64,000 nt of DNA, from contig OZ024742.1 of NCBI GenBank assembly GCA_964016885.1, positions 195,734,001-195,798,000 of the forward strand. Reading direction: 5' to 3'. The position numbers and the translations under genes are program-made. Positions 1 through 14,391 of this stretch are shown one piece after another. The stretch's first letter is position 1; each line of letters begins with the position of its first letter. Under the pieces are notes generated by a model. That model made no database searches. It saw only the letters and a list, made by a program, of their open reading frames with translations, and was not told where the DNA came from. The stretch is from Eledone cirrhosa (Eukaryota).

Positions 1-377
1 TATATATAATATTATAACTCATGCTTTAGTTACATTTTAAATTTCTTGATTGATATTCTACCACTTCAAAAAACTTTAATTTTTAACGTTTTAATTTGTA
101 AATTCACGTACACTCTAATATTAATATAAGCTTCTCTTTCTTCTTCCTATATCCTAATAATTATTTTAATCGACCTAGCGTCTAAAAATAACGATTTTTT
201 TCAGCTCTACGCTTCAACCTCATTTGCATATTCATCAAAATAATTTGAAATATTTGTTCTTTTTTCCTCTCTTCCTCTTTTCTTATTTTTTCCTCTTTCT
301 TCTCACTATCCAAACGGAACCTGAACTGTTCAGGTCTGATTCCTGGGTATGTCACTATTTATAAAACAAATTTTGTA

Positions 378-434
378 TTTTATCTGATGAGAGCGTACCA
401 AAGTTTTGGTACCCTTGAAATATATATAATAGAA
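378..434 (+). ncRNA. Type I hammerhead ribozyme motif in a solo pLTR-like cassette between TA runs
   Basis: TTTAT-CTGATGA-stem II GTACCAA/TTGGTAC-GAAA-TATATA-TA-ATAGA. Confidence 0.75.
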
Positions 435-477
435 TAAATATGGTTTTATAAATATAGTTTCCATTTATTAATATCAT

Positions 478-1601
<1,124 letters not shown>

Positions 1602-1626
1602 TAAACGAGTTACATTTTCTTTTCTT

Positions 1627-1700
<74 letters not shown>

Positions 1701-1898
1701 GTAGGAGGTGAGTTTTATTGTAGTACAATTATGCATACTCCAGTCCCACAAACTGTAGAGTGCTTCTTATCCGATATCTGCATTGCTTTATTGTACTACA
1801 ATAAAACTCACCTCCTACATTAACTTGCTCCTTAACGGTTGAGCGCTTACTCTCATATTGGATACCTTTTGATGGTCCTTCACCTCTTCTTCTACAAC

Positions 1899-4297
1899 AT
1901 GGATTATTACAACATAACCAATTCAACTAAAGACATTCCTATACCTGGTAAATCTGAATTCACCAAACTTCTTATTGAAAAAACTGACTCCTTCGTAAGA
2001 AGACTTAGATGGACAGCCTATTTCTATGACCAGCGCCTAAAAGGGAACTTTCATACCAAAGAACACAACTTCCTCGATCATCTTTTTAATTCTAGACGAA
2101 ATCCTCCTTCCAACAAAAATCTAGTACAATTCGAGGAAGAATTAACTAAAATAATAAAAAATCTTAAATTCAAGAGATACCCTTACAAAAGACAAGAGCA
2201 CCTTGTAAATCTCAAGAACACAATCTCTAACCTAAATTCCTCAAAAAATGTTTTAGTCCACTCTGACAAAACCAATAACCTATATGGTATTTCCAAGGAT
2301 AATTATAACAACCTTATCCTAAAGGAACTTAGGAAAAAGTATCGTAAAACCAACCATGAAAATTTAGAATGCATAAACCTTGAAGCCTATGAGATTATGT
2401 CAAAACTTGGCATTGAAAAAAAGACCGAACCATTCCTCCCAAGAACTCCGAGGATAAATCTCAAGGATCACAAAAACAATTTTCGCACTGAACTACCTGT
2501 TAGATTAATCGCCCCCTCTAAATCTGATCTGGGGGTTGTTAGTAAAGCCATCTTGGATAGGATTATCCCACAGGTTAGTTCTAATTGCTCTTCTTTAAAC
2601 CTAAATTTATGGTTTGGTACTTCTGAAGTGATTGGCTGGTTCAACAAATTGGATAATAAAAACAAACTAAAATTTATTCAATTTGATATTGCCAGCTACT
2701 ATTCCTCCATTTCGCCTTCACTTCTCAATAATGCTCTATCTTTCGCACTTAAATATTCTGACATCACCACAGATGAACTTCACATCATCCTCACCGCACG
2801 TAAAACCATCCTAGAGTTCAACAACGAATATTGGACCAGAGCCGATACCTCTAACATCTTCGACATCACAATGGGAGCATCCGATTCATCCCAATTGACT
2901 GATTTAATTGGTATCTTCATTTTGAACTCTTTGAGTCGGAAAATTCCTCAACTTCGCGGTGGAATTTATCGTGACGATGGACTCTTTACTATCCTAAATT
3001 GCAATATAGTTAAACTTAATATTATTAAGAACAATATACGTAATCTCTTTAACCAACATAACCTAAAAATTGAATTTGATAATAGTATCAAACTAGCTAA
3101 TTTCTTGGATGTATCTCTTAATCTTGACACTGGCCTATATTACCCTTACCATAAAAACAATGAGAACCTTAATTATGTTAACTTTAAATCTAACCATCCT
3201 ACCAATATCAAGAATGCTATAGTTAATAATATTGGAAATAGAATATCTAACATATCTTCTAATAAAAACATCTTTGATGCTAACGCCAATTACTATAATA
3301 ACGCACTTTCTAAAGCCGGCTATCCAGATAAAATCAAATATAATAAAGAAACAAATTCTAGGAAAACTTACAGTAGAATAATTAATCATGACCATTCCAA
3401 TAATTTTAATAAAAGACCTAGATACAAAAACATAATCTGGTATAATGCTCCTTTCTCCATCTCTATTAATAACAATATTCCTAAATTATTTTTTAGTGCC
3501 TTAAATAAATGCTTCCCTCCCTCACATATCTATAGTAAAATATTTAACAAACACACCATCAAATTTTCGTATTCTACATCCTCCAATATTTCCAACATCA
3601 TCTCTAAACACAACAAAATATTAAATACTAAATCTCTTCCTTCCAATATTGATTTCATAATAACAGTAATAGTACTCCCGACGTCATTGTAAACCCTAGG
3701 CTAACTTCTGTAAACCCAAATACAACGTCAAACACAACTTCGCTAAATGTTCATAATCCAACTCTAAATCAAGAAACTATTATTCCTATTATTCCTATCG
3801 CAAACAACTTCTCCAATCCAATTCCTTCTATAGATAACACTAGATCACTCATTAATAATCTCTCTAATTGCAACTGCCGCATTAAAAATAAATGTCCTCT
3901 CAACAACCATTGCCTCGATAAAAACTTAATTTATGAATGTAAAATTATAACTAGCACCAATTCCTTCACCTATTTTGGCTCCACTTCCACCTCTTTTAAA
4001 GCTCGTCTCTATAATCATCATTCATCTTTCAAATACAAACTTAAAAGAACTAACACTGCTCTCTCAGAACTCATATGGTCCTTAAAAGACAAAAACATTA
4101 AATATACCATCTTTTGGAAGAAGATTTCTTCTGCATCCTCATACTTGAACAGCTCTCTATCTAAAATCTGTAATCTCTGCCTAAATGAAAAATTTACCAT
4201 TATCTCTAACCTAGATTCTATAATAAATAGACGCACAGATTTGTTTTCTATCTGCCTGCATAAATTCCATAGAACTTTTCACAAAGTATACAGTTAA
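1899..4297 (+). pseudogene. PLE RT + GIY-YIG ORF with one frameshift near 3655
   Basis: QFDIASYY, TMGASDS, GIYRDDGL, FLDVSL; after the shift CNCRxKxxCPL, LIYEC..YFGST, CNLC, CLHK. Confidence 0.9.
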
Positions 4298-5305
4298 TAT
4301 TCAATTCTTTATCAATTTAGAATCTTTTCTCAAAGGCACATATACATACACCTCTTTAAAATATACCCATCTACCTTACTTTAAAGGGCATTATACACTC
4401 TATAATACTCGTTTACTCATTACCCTCATTCTATCTTCTCGTAAAATAATAACATTTGTTTTTGACATTTTGAATATTCATCCGCAATCATTATTATTTT
4501 TTCTCTCTATCATAAATCTTTTTAATCTCAATTTCATCCTTAATTTATTATTATTTTTTTCTCCCCATCAACGAACTCATTATTAATACATATTAACTCT
4601 TATATGTATTATCAATTCAATATACAAACTTTAACTTCACATTATTTTTCTCAAATCCTTCTACACACAAACCTTAACAATTTTTCTCTTCGCTAACTTT
4701 GAAATTGCCACAATACATACATTTCTTCTTTTAACGTTAGAATATTCACCCACAATTATTATTTTTTTCTCTCTATCTTCATACATAATTTCCCTTCGTT
4801 AATTTTCAAATTCCTTTAATTTATACATTATCTTCCAGCGGTTCCCAACCTCTCTATATTAAAACAATATATCTTTTTCTCAGTTATAAAAACTATCTCT
4901 TTCTCTCTATCACCCATCTCTCCCTCTCCACCTTCACTCTCATCTCCTCCACCTTTTTTTCATCCTTTCCACCCCCCCCCCTCCCTAAATAAAATATTTT
5001 TTCCTCGCACATATCCTCCCTTCGTTAATTTTCAAAATTTTTAATTTATACAGTATCTTCCAACGGTTTTCAACCCCTCTATGTAAAAAATATATCTCCT
5101 CTCAGTTATAAAAACTATCTCTTTCTCTCTATCACCCATCTCTCCCTCTCATCTCCTTCCCTTTTCATCCTCCCCCCCCCCCCCCCCCTCTCTAAATAAA
5201 ATATTTTTCCCAATATCACACATCAATCTAAAACCACTTTTCATATGTTGATTTAAAACTGCACTATCCACAAGTGTTTTTTAGCCTTCATATCATGTTC
5301 TCCTG

Positions 5306-5372
5306 TTTTATCTGATGAAAACACAAATATTATTGCTTGATGATGTTTGTTTTTGAAATGCGCATAATAAAA
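5306..5372 (+). ncRNA. Hammerhead ribozyme in PLE pLTR
   Basis: TTTTAT-CTGATGA-long stem II-GAAA-TGCGCA-TA-ATAAAA; palindromic stem III. Confidence 0.85.
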
Positions 5373-5404
5373 TATATGGAACTCCTTTAACCATCTTTTG
5401 ATCT

Positions 5405-5468
<64 letters not shown>

Positions 5469-5504
5469 TTGGTGGTGCAACAACCACCCAAATTTAACAC
5501 CAAT

Positions 5505-5790
5505 ATATATAAGTGAATTAACGACGGTGAGTATTCCAGTCTAATCAGCTGCTCGCAAAACATGAAATAAAGCTATAATTCAAAGGGTCAGCTTTATCAA
5601 TCACTGTGCTACGCCGAATATTAGAATTACATTAAAGTTACATGTTTGCAGAATCCTCGACCACGTCCATGTTAATTTTATGATCAGGCTGAAACATTCA
5701 TCGAGAATTGTTCAAGCACACAACACGCCGCTGGCAATTGAACCCACGACCTTACGATCATGAGGCGAACACCCTAACCACTAAATCACA
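5505..5790 (-). mobile_element. tRNA-derived SINE
   Basis: Reverse strand reads TAGTGGTTAGG (A box)...GGTTCAATTGCC (B box); central part related to 7727-7790 and 32110-32172. Confidence 0.7.
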
Positions 5791-5829
5791 TGAATCTATG
5801 CATACATCTATTCACTCATATACATTACA

Positions 5830-6236
5830 TTTACAATCTTGCTATATGGAAGTAAACGTGGACGCTTTCATCTAAACCACAAAAGCACCTTGATGGTACC
5901 TAGACTCGCCTGCTTCAACGCATTCAGAACATAAGCTGGCGACATCTGCCTTTGAGAGAGATATATGCCGGCCTCCCACGCATATCTGTCGTTGTACGTA
6001 AAAGGAGAGTAAGATTCGCTGGCCACTGCCAACGTGCCACCTACGAGGCTGTGTCCCCATCAGTGCTTTGGAAACCACACGCAGTCACTAATAACAGGGG
6101 GCGCAAGCTCTTCTACCCCGATGTCATCTCCAGAGATTCTGGTATTGAAATCCAGGACTTGGCAACGGCAATGAACGACAGACCCACGTGGAGGTCAATT
6201 GTTGAGTCCATTTCGGCTGAGGCCATCAGATGATGA
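5830..6236 (+). mobile_element. RTE-clade LINE 3' fragment
   Basis: LLYGS..WTL, YTRLL, RFAGHCQR, MNDRPTWR C-terminal motifs; ends TGATGA. Confidence 0.8.
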
Positions 6237-6697
6237 CATTTACATCGAGACACGTCAGGATCGTAAGTTCTAGAAGTTTGCCAGGTTTTGCCAGTGTCCT
6301 AACGGTCTATGTGGCGAATATGATGTAATCTCTACCACAACTCTCTTCAATTTTTTACCAATAATATACGTAACTCTTCTGCCCAGGTATTTGACGGGAT
6401 GCGCAGTGTTTGTTGACGATGGCCATGACTGAGCCGATCCAGAGTCCGATAATTTATTGTTCATAATGCAGATAAACTTTTTTTTCCTAGGGAAATGAAA
6501 GGACGTTATCGTCCTTAACGTAAACAACTAAATAGATTAGATAATCAATCATACTTCATTAACAGCTGGTGTTCTTGTAATCGATCGTTCAATGCACACA
6601 GTATCTTGATATGTTTTGTATTGATATTTGAAATCTGCATTTGGTATTACTGCTTGGTTGCTTGTAACTATTAACTTCATGGCTTTTTATTAAAATA

Positions 6698-7624
6698 CTA
6701 GCAGCAGGACCTGGCGTTGCATGGGGTAGGAAACGTGAAATAGCAACACGCATATGCAAAAGATTGAGGAATGAAGCTGTGTACTTTTTGAATTCTCTTA
6801 TTCTCATGGAACGACTGTTCATCTACTAGAAACGTAGAACACCAGCAGGCCCGAGTCATGAAACATCTGCATGCATGTGTAACATCTGAAGAAATCAGCT
6901 GGATACTCTTTAAGCGTACTAAATCTTAGAGTATGATTTTTCTTCCATTTGAAGAAAATTGGTTAGGTACTTTTCGAGTTTTATAGATTTGCACCCAGTT
7001 ATCCGGACAGACATCATCTGAAGGAGTGACATAGTCAATTGTGTGAAAACCAAGTAGGGATGTACGTTTAAGTAGGGATATTGAGATGACGAAATCAGCG
7101 TGGCAACGCAGCTGCAGCAGAAGGGGGGGGGGGGTCATAGTGCAATTAGGACAAACGCTGGACGGCACTGGTTGCAGGGCGCGGACAAAAATGTTAAGGT
7201 CCTCTTCATTTCTTCAATCCCCCGAAAATGGTCCTGCTTAAAAGTAAGTAAGTGTTGTGTCCTCTGTTAAATAAACCAAATTTTTAACGAAATATTATAC
7301 GCTACTTACGATGTTTAAGTAGCATTTATATTGAAAATGAAAATGGAATGTAATGCCCAATGCTAATTCGTAAATTTCCTAGAAGCCATTAATGGAATCG
7401 GAAATGAAATCGTTAAGTTACGCCTCAAAATAGCCTTAAAATGCCTAAAAAATGCGGTTTTTCGCCTAGGGCAGATAAAGTTAAAATTGTTTTAGCCCAT
7501 TGCACTTCAAGAAATATAAGTAACGCATGTGTAAAGTTTGAAAAAAATCGGTCGGGTACTTCTCGAGTTTTAGGGATTTACACAGACAGACAGACAGACA
7601 TCATCTGTTTTATGTATATAGAGA
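6698..7624 (-). mobile_element. Non-autonomous Helitron-like element
   Basis: Minus strand starts TC followed by (CTGT)n, ends with a GC-rich hairpin and CTAG, inserted at A|T with no TSD. Confidence 0.7.
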
Positions 7625-8397
7625 TATACAATAGTATTTGCTAGTTAAAAAAGCATGTCAATGGAATAGACTGCTCATGAAATCAATCTCCCTTTTTCTC
7701 TTCCTTTCCCACCCGCTCTCTCTTTCATGACGATTCAGAGAGTCACAGTATGTGACAAGGCCGGCCCTTTGAATTATAGGTACAGTCCACTTGACTGGCT
7801 TCCAAAAATTTTTCCCTCCCCGGGTGGGGATGTAGTTGTTGCCATTGACGGTATTGTTATCACTGCTACTTCAATGGCCAATGTAGGCGATATGGTCGGT
7901 ATTGTTGTTGTTGTTGTTGTTGTTGCCGTTGTCTTGAATGTAGCTGTCATCACACTGTTTATATCGCCCTCCCTCAGAATTTCGTTTATTGCTTCCACTA
8001 TCTGCAAGTCACCACAACGCAGTTGAAGGGTAATTTTGGTAATTTACGACCCCAGTTCTGTGGGGGTACACGAGGTTCACTCCGCAAATTGTAAACAGAA
8101 CGGCTGGGGAAAAACCCTTTGGGAACTTATATGTCTACCGGGTGCACGAACAGAATGATGTGTATTTTTTTTTTTTTGTCTGCGGCATATCGGATTTTTC
8201 ATCTGAGGATACCGTTCTCATAACAACAACAAATGCATGAATTACATCTTGGATTGCATGGGAGAACTGTTAAAATAATTATTATGAATAAACGATTTAT
8301 CATCATTTATCAGCATCTTTCTTAATGTTATTCTTATACTGAATCTCCATCGTAACTACAAACTACAAATGTAGAGAGCTTTCTCCTGCTGAACATA

Positions 8398-9179
8398 CGA
8401 GGTGTCAGAAAAGTTCCAGGACTGATGTCATAAAAAGATTTATTTCAAACCCAAACTTCACACTAAGAGTTTTCTCCTTCAAAGTAATCCCTCTGGAGTA
8501 TGTAACTGTAATCTTAGCTCTCTGCAGCGATCAAACTTTTTTCTTCATAATTTTATATACATGTCCTCTGTTTCAGGTCGTCAAGCAATGAGCACAGAGC
8601 AACGAAGGGTTGGGGAAAACTCCGTCAGAAGCACTGGGATTGCTGCAGCAAGTGTATGGAGATGAGACGATATCACGCTCACGTGTTTTTGAGTGGTGCA
8701 AGAGGTTTAAAGAAGGACGCGAGGACGTGGAAGGCCCTCAACAACCAGGACTGAGGTCAACGTTGAGCGCGTCAGGCAGATGGTACGTAGCGATCGTCGG
8801 CTGATTGTTCGACTGATGGCAAATGAGCTGGGCATGAATCGGGACAGCGTCTGGAAGATTCTCACATCCTTGAGCGTCTTGAAACCGAACCAGACTTGCT
8901 AGGGACAGTCATCACCGGTGATAAGTCATGGATGCTCAAGGGGGTCATCAAGGGGACCCGTTTTGAAAACGTGGACGACATCAAAAAGGCCGTGACGACG
9001 GAACTGCGGAGGATCCCGGAAGAATCCTTCCAGGAGTGCATGCAAGCGTGGCAGAAAAGGATGGAAAAGTGCATTAGACTCCAGGGGAATTACTTTGAAG
9101 GAGAAAACTCTTAGTGTGAAGTTTGGGTTTGAAATAAATCTTTTGTAACATCAGTCCTGGAACTTTTCTGACACACCTC

Positions 9180-9180
<1 letters not shown>
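8398..9180 (+). mobile_element. Internally deleted mariner with ~100 bp TIRs
   Basis: TA-CGAGGTGTCAGAAAAGTTCCAGGACTG... inverted at the right end, TA TSD; HTH (VFEWCKRFKEGR), TGDKSW and GNYFEG remnants. Confidence 0.9.
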
Positions 9181-9226
<46 letters not shown>

Positions 9227-10044
9227 GTAATAATAATAATTTTGAAGACTAAAATATTACAGCCTCACATTATACCCTAACGGCTAGTACGAACAATACG
9301 CGGATAATTTAGGTCTTGATATGGTAGCTAAGTATATTTTATGTTTATACCTTTACTTATTTGTATAGGTAAGTATACCTTACCCGTATGTTTTGTGAAG
9401 GAAAAAATGACAGATGTTATTGAAATCAACAAATTTAATGTATACATACACGCATCCATATACGTACGTCATCTATATACGTACGTCATTTTCGTATACT
9501 TTCTCATACGTATATTTGCTTGTATTTGTTATAAGCGTATATATCATATTACATATACTGGTACATGTGTATATGGTTATTTGTATATGCGTATTTTGTG
9601 TTTGTGTGTATATGCGTGTTGGCACGTATGTAAGGTGTGTGTATATGTGTACTTTGTGTTTTCGTTGACGTACGTTTAGTGAACATATGTGTATTTACAT
9701 GTAGGTATGTGTGTGCGTGTGTTATATACGTATTTATGGGTGTATATTTATATACGTTTATATAATTATATGTATACACACACGCCCACACATATATATA
9801 TTTTTTTAATGTGTATTTGGTGTATACGTTCGTATGTGTGCAGGTATAGGTGTCGCGCGGGTTTATGTATGTGTGCGCGTGTTTATGTGTACGTGCGTGT
9901 TTATGCATGCATGGCGGTTGTTTTCGCGTATGCATGTGTATGTACGTATATGGATGCGTGTATGTATACATTAAATTTGTTGATTTCAATAACCTCTGTC
10001 ATTTTCGTTCTACTAATATATTTACATTATTCTTAACTCTGAAG

Positions 10045-10229
10045 GCGGTGGAATGGCAGTATCGGTAGAGGGTTGGACGCCATGCTTTGCAGCAAAGAGT
10101 TACAGCCCTTTGTGATCTGAGTTCAAATCCCGCCGAGGTTAACTTTGCCTTTCATCCTTACGGGGTCGATAAAATAAAGTTCCAGTAATACACTGGGATA
10201 ATTGCTGGCCTTGTGCCTATATAAGAAAC
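10045..10229 (+). mobile_element. tRNA-derived SINE with 20 bp TSD
   Basis: A/B boxes (TGGCAGTATCGG, GAGTTCAAATCC); TSD CATTATTCTTAACTCTGAAG at 10025-10044 and 10230-10249. Confidence 0.88.
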
Positions 10230-10553
10230 CATTATTCTTAACTCTGAAGCCGAGAATCATTCAGTTTCCTAAATAGAATATTAATCTACGACTTCATTTA
10301 TACCATAAACGTGGTTTTGTCTTTGCGTGTAATTGTTCTCACCGCTCCACATAATGACGTATTATCTTCGCTTTTTTCCGTTCATTGCCAGGGAACGTCT
10401 TCACGAACCAAAGTATCGTCTTCCTGTTTTCCTTCGGTTGCAACGTTATTCGAAATATTTACTTCTGCGTTCACAGATTGATTTTTTTAGTTTCAGAAGA
10501 TCCCGTTAAGGGTGAAAGCAGTGATTCTTTGCTTAAACTTTAATCTTTTATTT

Positions 10554-10597
<44 letters not shown>

Positions 10598-10653
10598 CGT
10601 TTCTGAATTTGTTTAGCAAGATTCTTTATCTGAAAACGTGTGTTAAAACCGAT

Positions 10654-11373
10654 ATTGTTATACTTTGGGAGGGTCATGTTGCCACTAAGAAACACACGCA
10701 CCAGTTGCTTTCACTCCAAATTATTATAAATTAAATTTAAAAATTTCCGGTTGGTTGGTTGGTTCCACAACCGGAAGGTTGTTCATATATTGTCAAAGTT
10801 CTTTCGTCACACATTCTGTGGCCTCTTCAGTGACTGGGGATTCTTCTCTTTGTTTTGTGCCTCTCCTTTGTTCTGTCCTACGCCATCTTGTTTTTGTGTG
10901 TGTTGTGTGCTTATTTTGCGCATGTGTTACATCCGGGTGTCTGTGTGTGTTTTTTATTTGTTTATTTATTTGTTTATTTACATGTTACTGGTTGCTGGTT
11001 TGTTCTATGTGTGTGTGTTTTCATTTTGTCCTTAATTGTAAGTTGTGATATTGCTATTCCATTCATGTTTTCTATTTAATTTTGGTTGGAGTTCATTTAT
11101 GTTTATTGCCTCTGTGATTTGTCTAATCATTGCGTCTTTTCAAAAACAAGATGGCGTAGGACAGTACAAAGGAGTGGCACAAAACAAAGAGAAGAATCCC
11201 CACTCACTGAAGAGGTCACAGAATGTGTGACGAAAGAACTTTGACAATATATGAACAACCGTCCAGTTGTGAAACCAACCAACCGGAAATTTATAAATTT
11301 AATTTATAATAAATTGGAGTGAAAATAACTGGTGCGTGTGTTTCTTATTGGCAACATGACCCTCCCGAAATAT

Positions 11374-11378
<5 letters not shown>
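10654..11378. mobile_element. Head-to-head pair of PLE 3' ends (family of 61703-64000), each with an HHR
   Basis: Left arm 10654-11140 matches 61703-62185; right arm 11141-11378 is its inverted copy; HHRs at 10792-10834(-) and 11203-11245(+). Confidence 0.88.
11203..11245 (+). ncRNA. Minimal hammerhead ribozyme
   Basis: TCA-CTGAAGA-GGTCAC/GTGAC-GAAA-GAAC-TT-TGA. Confidence 0.75.
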
Positions 11379-11467
<89 letters not shown>

Positions 11468-11780
11468 GTATATATATATATATATATATTGGTAAACGGA
11501 ATAGAAAATGCTGACAAATTGTTCACAGTTGAAAAATGGTTTAATCAGATCAGAGCAAACAACACGGACACTCTATCTCAAAATTATTTTTGAAAAGTAT
11601 TTAGAAATGCGCAACCGGTAAAAACTTAAAAACTTAAAACCACAACTGAATACTAACCCATACAATTACTAATACTCTTTTATTCCTAATTAAACCATTT
11701 TTCAACTGTGAACAATTTGTCAGCATTTTCTATTCCGTTTACCAATATATAATAACTTGTGTGTTACACCTCTATTCTTT

Positions 11781-11856
<76 letters not shown>

Positions 11857-11860
<4 letters not shown>

Positions 11861-14345
11861 AAATAATACATTTTTCAACCCTCCTTTCAATTTAAACGTC
11901 TCTACCAACCTTCCTAGGGCTTTCTTCTCACTACTAGATAAACACTTCCCATCCGGCCACAGGTACCACGGCCTTTTAAACAAAAACACTATTAAGATCT
12001 CATACTCTACTACGCCTAACTTAGCATACCACATAGCTAGTACAAATAAAAGAAAAATTAATTCTTACTTCCAACAAACTAAATCACAACGGTCGATAAA
12101 CCTTCAAAATAACATTCAAAATGACAGTCAAAGTAACATTATAACAAATAACCTTAATATCAATGGAAATAGTAGTAATAGCACTAGTGTAAACATTAAC
12201 GCTGCGTACCACAACCCGCATAACCATAACCCTATAGCTAACCTCCAAACTTCTACACAGCATAGTAACCGGCAGACTAGCACCCAGAGTAATTGTAACT
12301 GTAGATCAAGTAGAACCTGTCCTTTAGATAAAAAATGCTTAACCAAGGATATCATATACTCATGTACAGTCACAACTAACAGCTCTTCTGAAACCTACAT
12401 AGGCTCCACTTCTAACTGCTTCAAAACTAGATACAATTCGCACCTCCACTCTTTCAAAAAACACAGTCTAGCCAACTCCACTTCACTATCTAGCTACATA
12501 CACTATCTAAAAACTAAAAATAAAATATATACACTTAAATGGGAAGTGGTAGGTAGTGCAACATCGTACAAACCACCTGATAAATTTTGTAACCTCTGTC
12601 TACTAGAGACCCATACTATCATCTTCTCTAAACATAATCTCCTTAATAAAAAATCAGAAGTGTTCGAAAATTGCCAACACCGCTTCCGACACTTGTTCCA
12701 AAACTTTAAACCCTATATATAATAATGTCAGACTGGAACCGGCACCACCCCTAGCAATTAACATCAGTAGCACACCTTACACCTCACATCCACACCCATC
12801 TCTATACTCTAAAGATAATACTGACAGCATTTGAGTGCAACCTACCCTGGGAATACTCCCTTGTACCTCTAATACTGATATCCCGACCGTGGACTACTTA
12901 TTCTGCATTGCACAAATATAAGATTAGTATAAACTGGGGACACGGTACTGGTTGTGATAGCATAGTCCTGTGCATGGATTACCACCAAGAGATAGATTGA
13001 TGATTAGATAGATAATCGTATTGTTAAGTGAGTATATACTGTAAGCGATCAGTTCATTGAATTATACACGTAATCATCTTGATGTGGACTCCTTTAATAC
13101 CTATTAATAGACTCCACTCTAGCTTGGAGATGTGATACATAATTGATTTATATTTGAGACGGGGGTTGTCTATTACCTGATGGCCAGACTAGTGCGTTTA
13201 TATGAGAGATCGGATCTCCGGACCATACCGAAGATTTACTGGAGATGCAGGCAAGCAATGACCCGGAGCCTACCGGGTGGCATATATAATAGTGGGACCA
13301 TACCAGGTCCTACTGTTGTATTACATTTGCATGGAGCAGTGACTTGAGAGTCCGACTCCTCTTATAGAACGTTCAGATATGACACCCCTTAATTATTGGT
13401 TGGCAATCATCCTAGTATATACACCCTTGTACTCCTTAATGAACAACTCTCTAACTTATAAATGGGTACCATACTCTAGATATTAGTTATAACTTCACAT
13501 GATAGGCACGTATTTGAATCACCATTAATGTAGTTTAGCATAGTAATGTAACTAAAATAACTAGCTAGTTACCTCCCCTTACGCATTAATTCCCCTTAAT
13601 CATTCAGGCACTTCCGGAATTTGGACAGCATGATATATTAATTAAGAACCGACTGGATACCGTTTATAGCTTGACTATATGCTGAACCACTGCGAATTAT
13701 ACGACAGACGCGTGTTCTCTATATATATATTGCGTCTCATGGATTATGTGAGTGGTGGTGTGAGCAAGGACAGTGGTACGACCTTGCCTACGATACAATA
13801 AGGTTTATAGTATGTTGAAGGTTTTTGATATTTTGGTGTTTCCTCGCATCCGAGACTGTATATCATACAGATGTATGAGAATAAATGACTTAATAATTCA
13901 GCCTATATTATAAGATCGATTGCCTGCTTCAACTGCCTGACCCTGCAAATATCATTCTGACGCACTCTAATCATGTATAGATAAGACAAGCGTGCATGCT
14001 ACACGGGAGATTGCTTCATGCACTGACTACTCTAAGCTTTCCTCTTGCTTTATCTTCATAGACTGCCAACGCTTCATGTTTATCTTTATTTTCACTCTTG
14101 CTTTTATTTTTATTTTATTTTTATTTTTATCATGTAACACTTTATATGTAAATTGCCATGCTATTTCATTTGATGAATGTCACCCCACTGTTGATCAATA
14201 TGCGCATATGTTTTATGTGTCTCTTGGGTTGAAAAGAAGGTCAAGTATGTTATAAATAGCTGCTCCGAAGAATCCAAACCTCGGTTTGGAGGAAACAATT
14301 GTAAGCAAATAAATGACTTAAACTGAACTTTGATTACTGTAATCT
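11857..14345 (+). mobile_element. 5'-truncated PLE: GIY-YIG ORF end (to ~12722), long 3' UTR, terminal HHR
   Basis: FNPPF, KHFP, KISYS, CNCR..CPL, IIYSC..YIGST, CNLC; begins in a TA run. Confidence 0.88.
14261..14307 (+). ncRNA. Hammerhead ribozyme, CCGAAGA core variant
   Basis: TGCT-CCGAAGA-TCCAAACC/GGTTTGGA-GAAA-CAATTG-TA-AGCA. Confidence 0.75.
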
Positions 14346-14391
14346 CTCTCTCTCTATATATATATATATATGTAAAAGGTAAACAGAAATA

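Larger units (their letters stand above)
1701..5410 (+). mobile_element. Near full-length Penelope-like element (possibly Naiad-type) in (TA)n
   Basis: RT+GIY-YIG ORF; short inverted 5' segment (1701-1729 vs 1789-1819); 3' pLTR with HHR; flanked by TA runs. Confidence 0.92.

Noticed and set aside
3860-4297. Selenocysteine (in-frame TGA) in PLE endonuclease Cys motifs, as reported for some Naiad elements
   Set aside because: Cys positions read here are TGT/TGC; no in-frame TGA seen
4785-5210. ~230 bp direct duplication as LTRs
   Set aside because: Local tandem duplication inside the PLE 3' UTR; no TG..CA ends or TSD
10045-10135. tRNA gene
   Set aside because: A/B boxes belong to a multi-copy SINE with TSDs; no full cloverleaf
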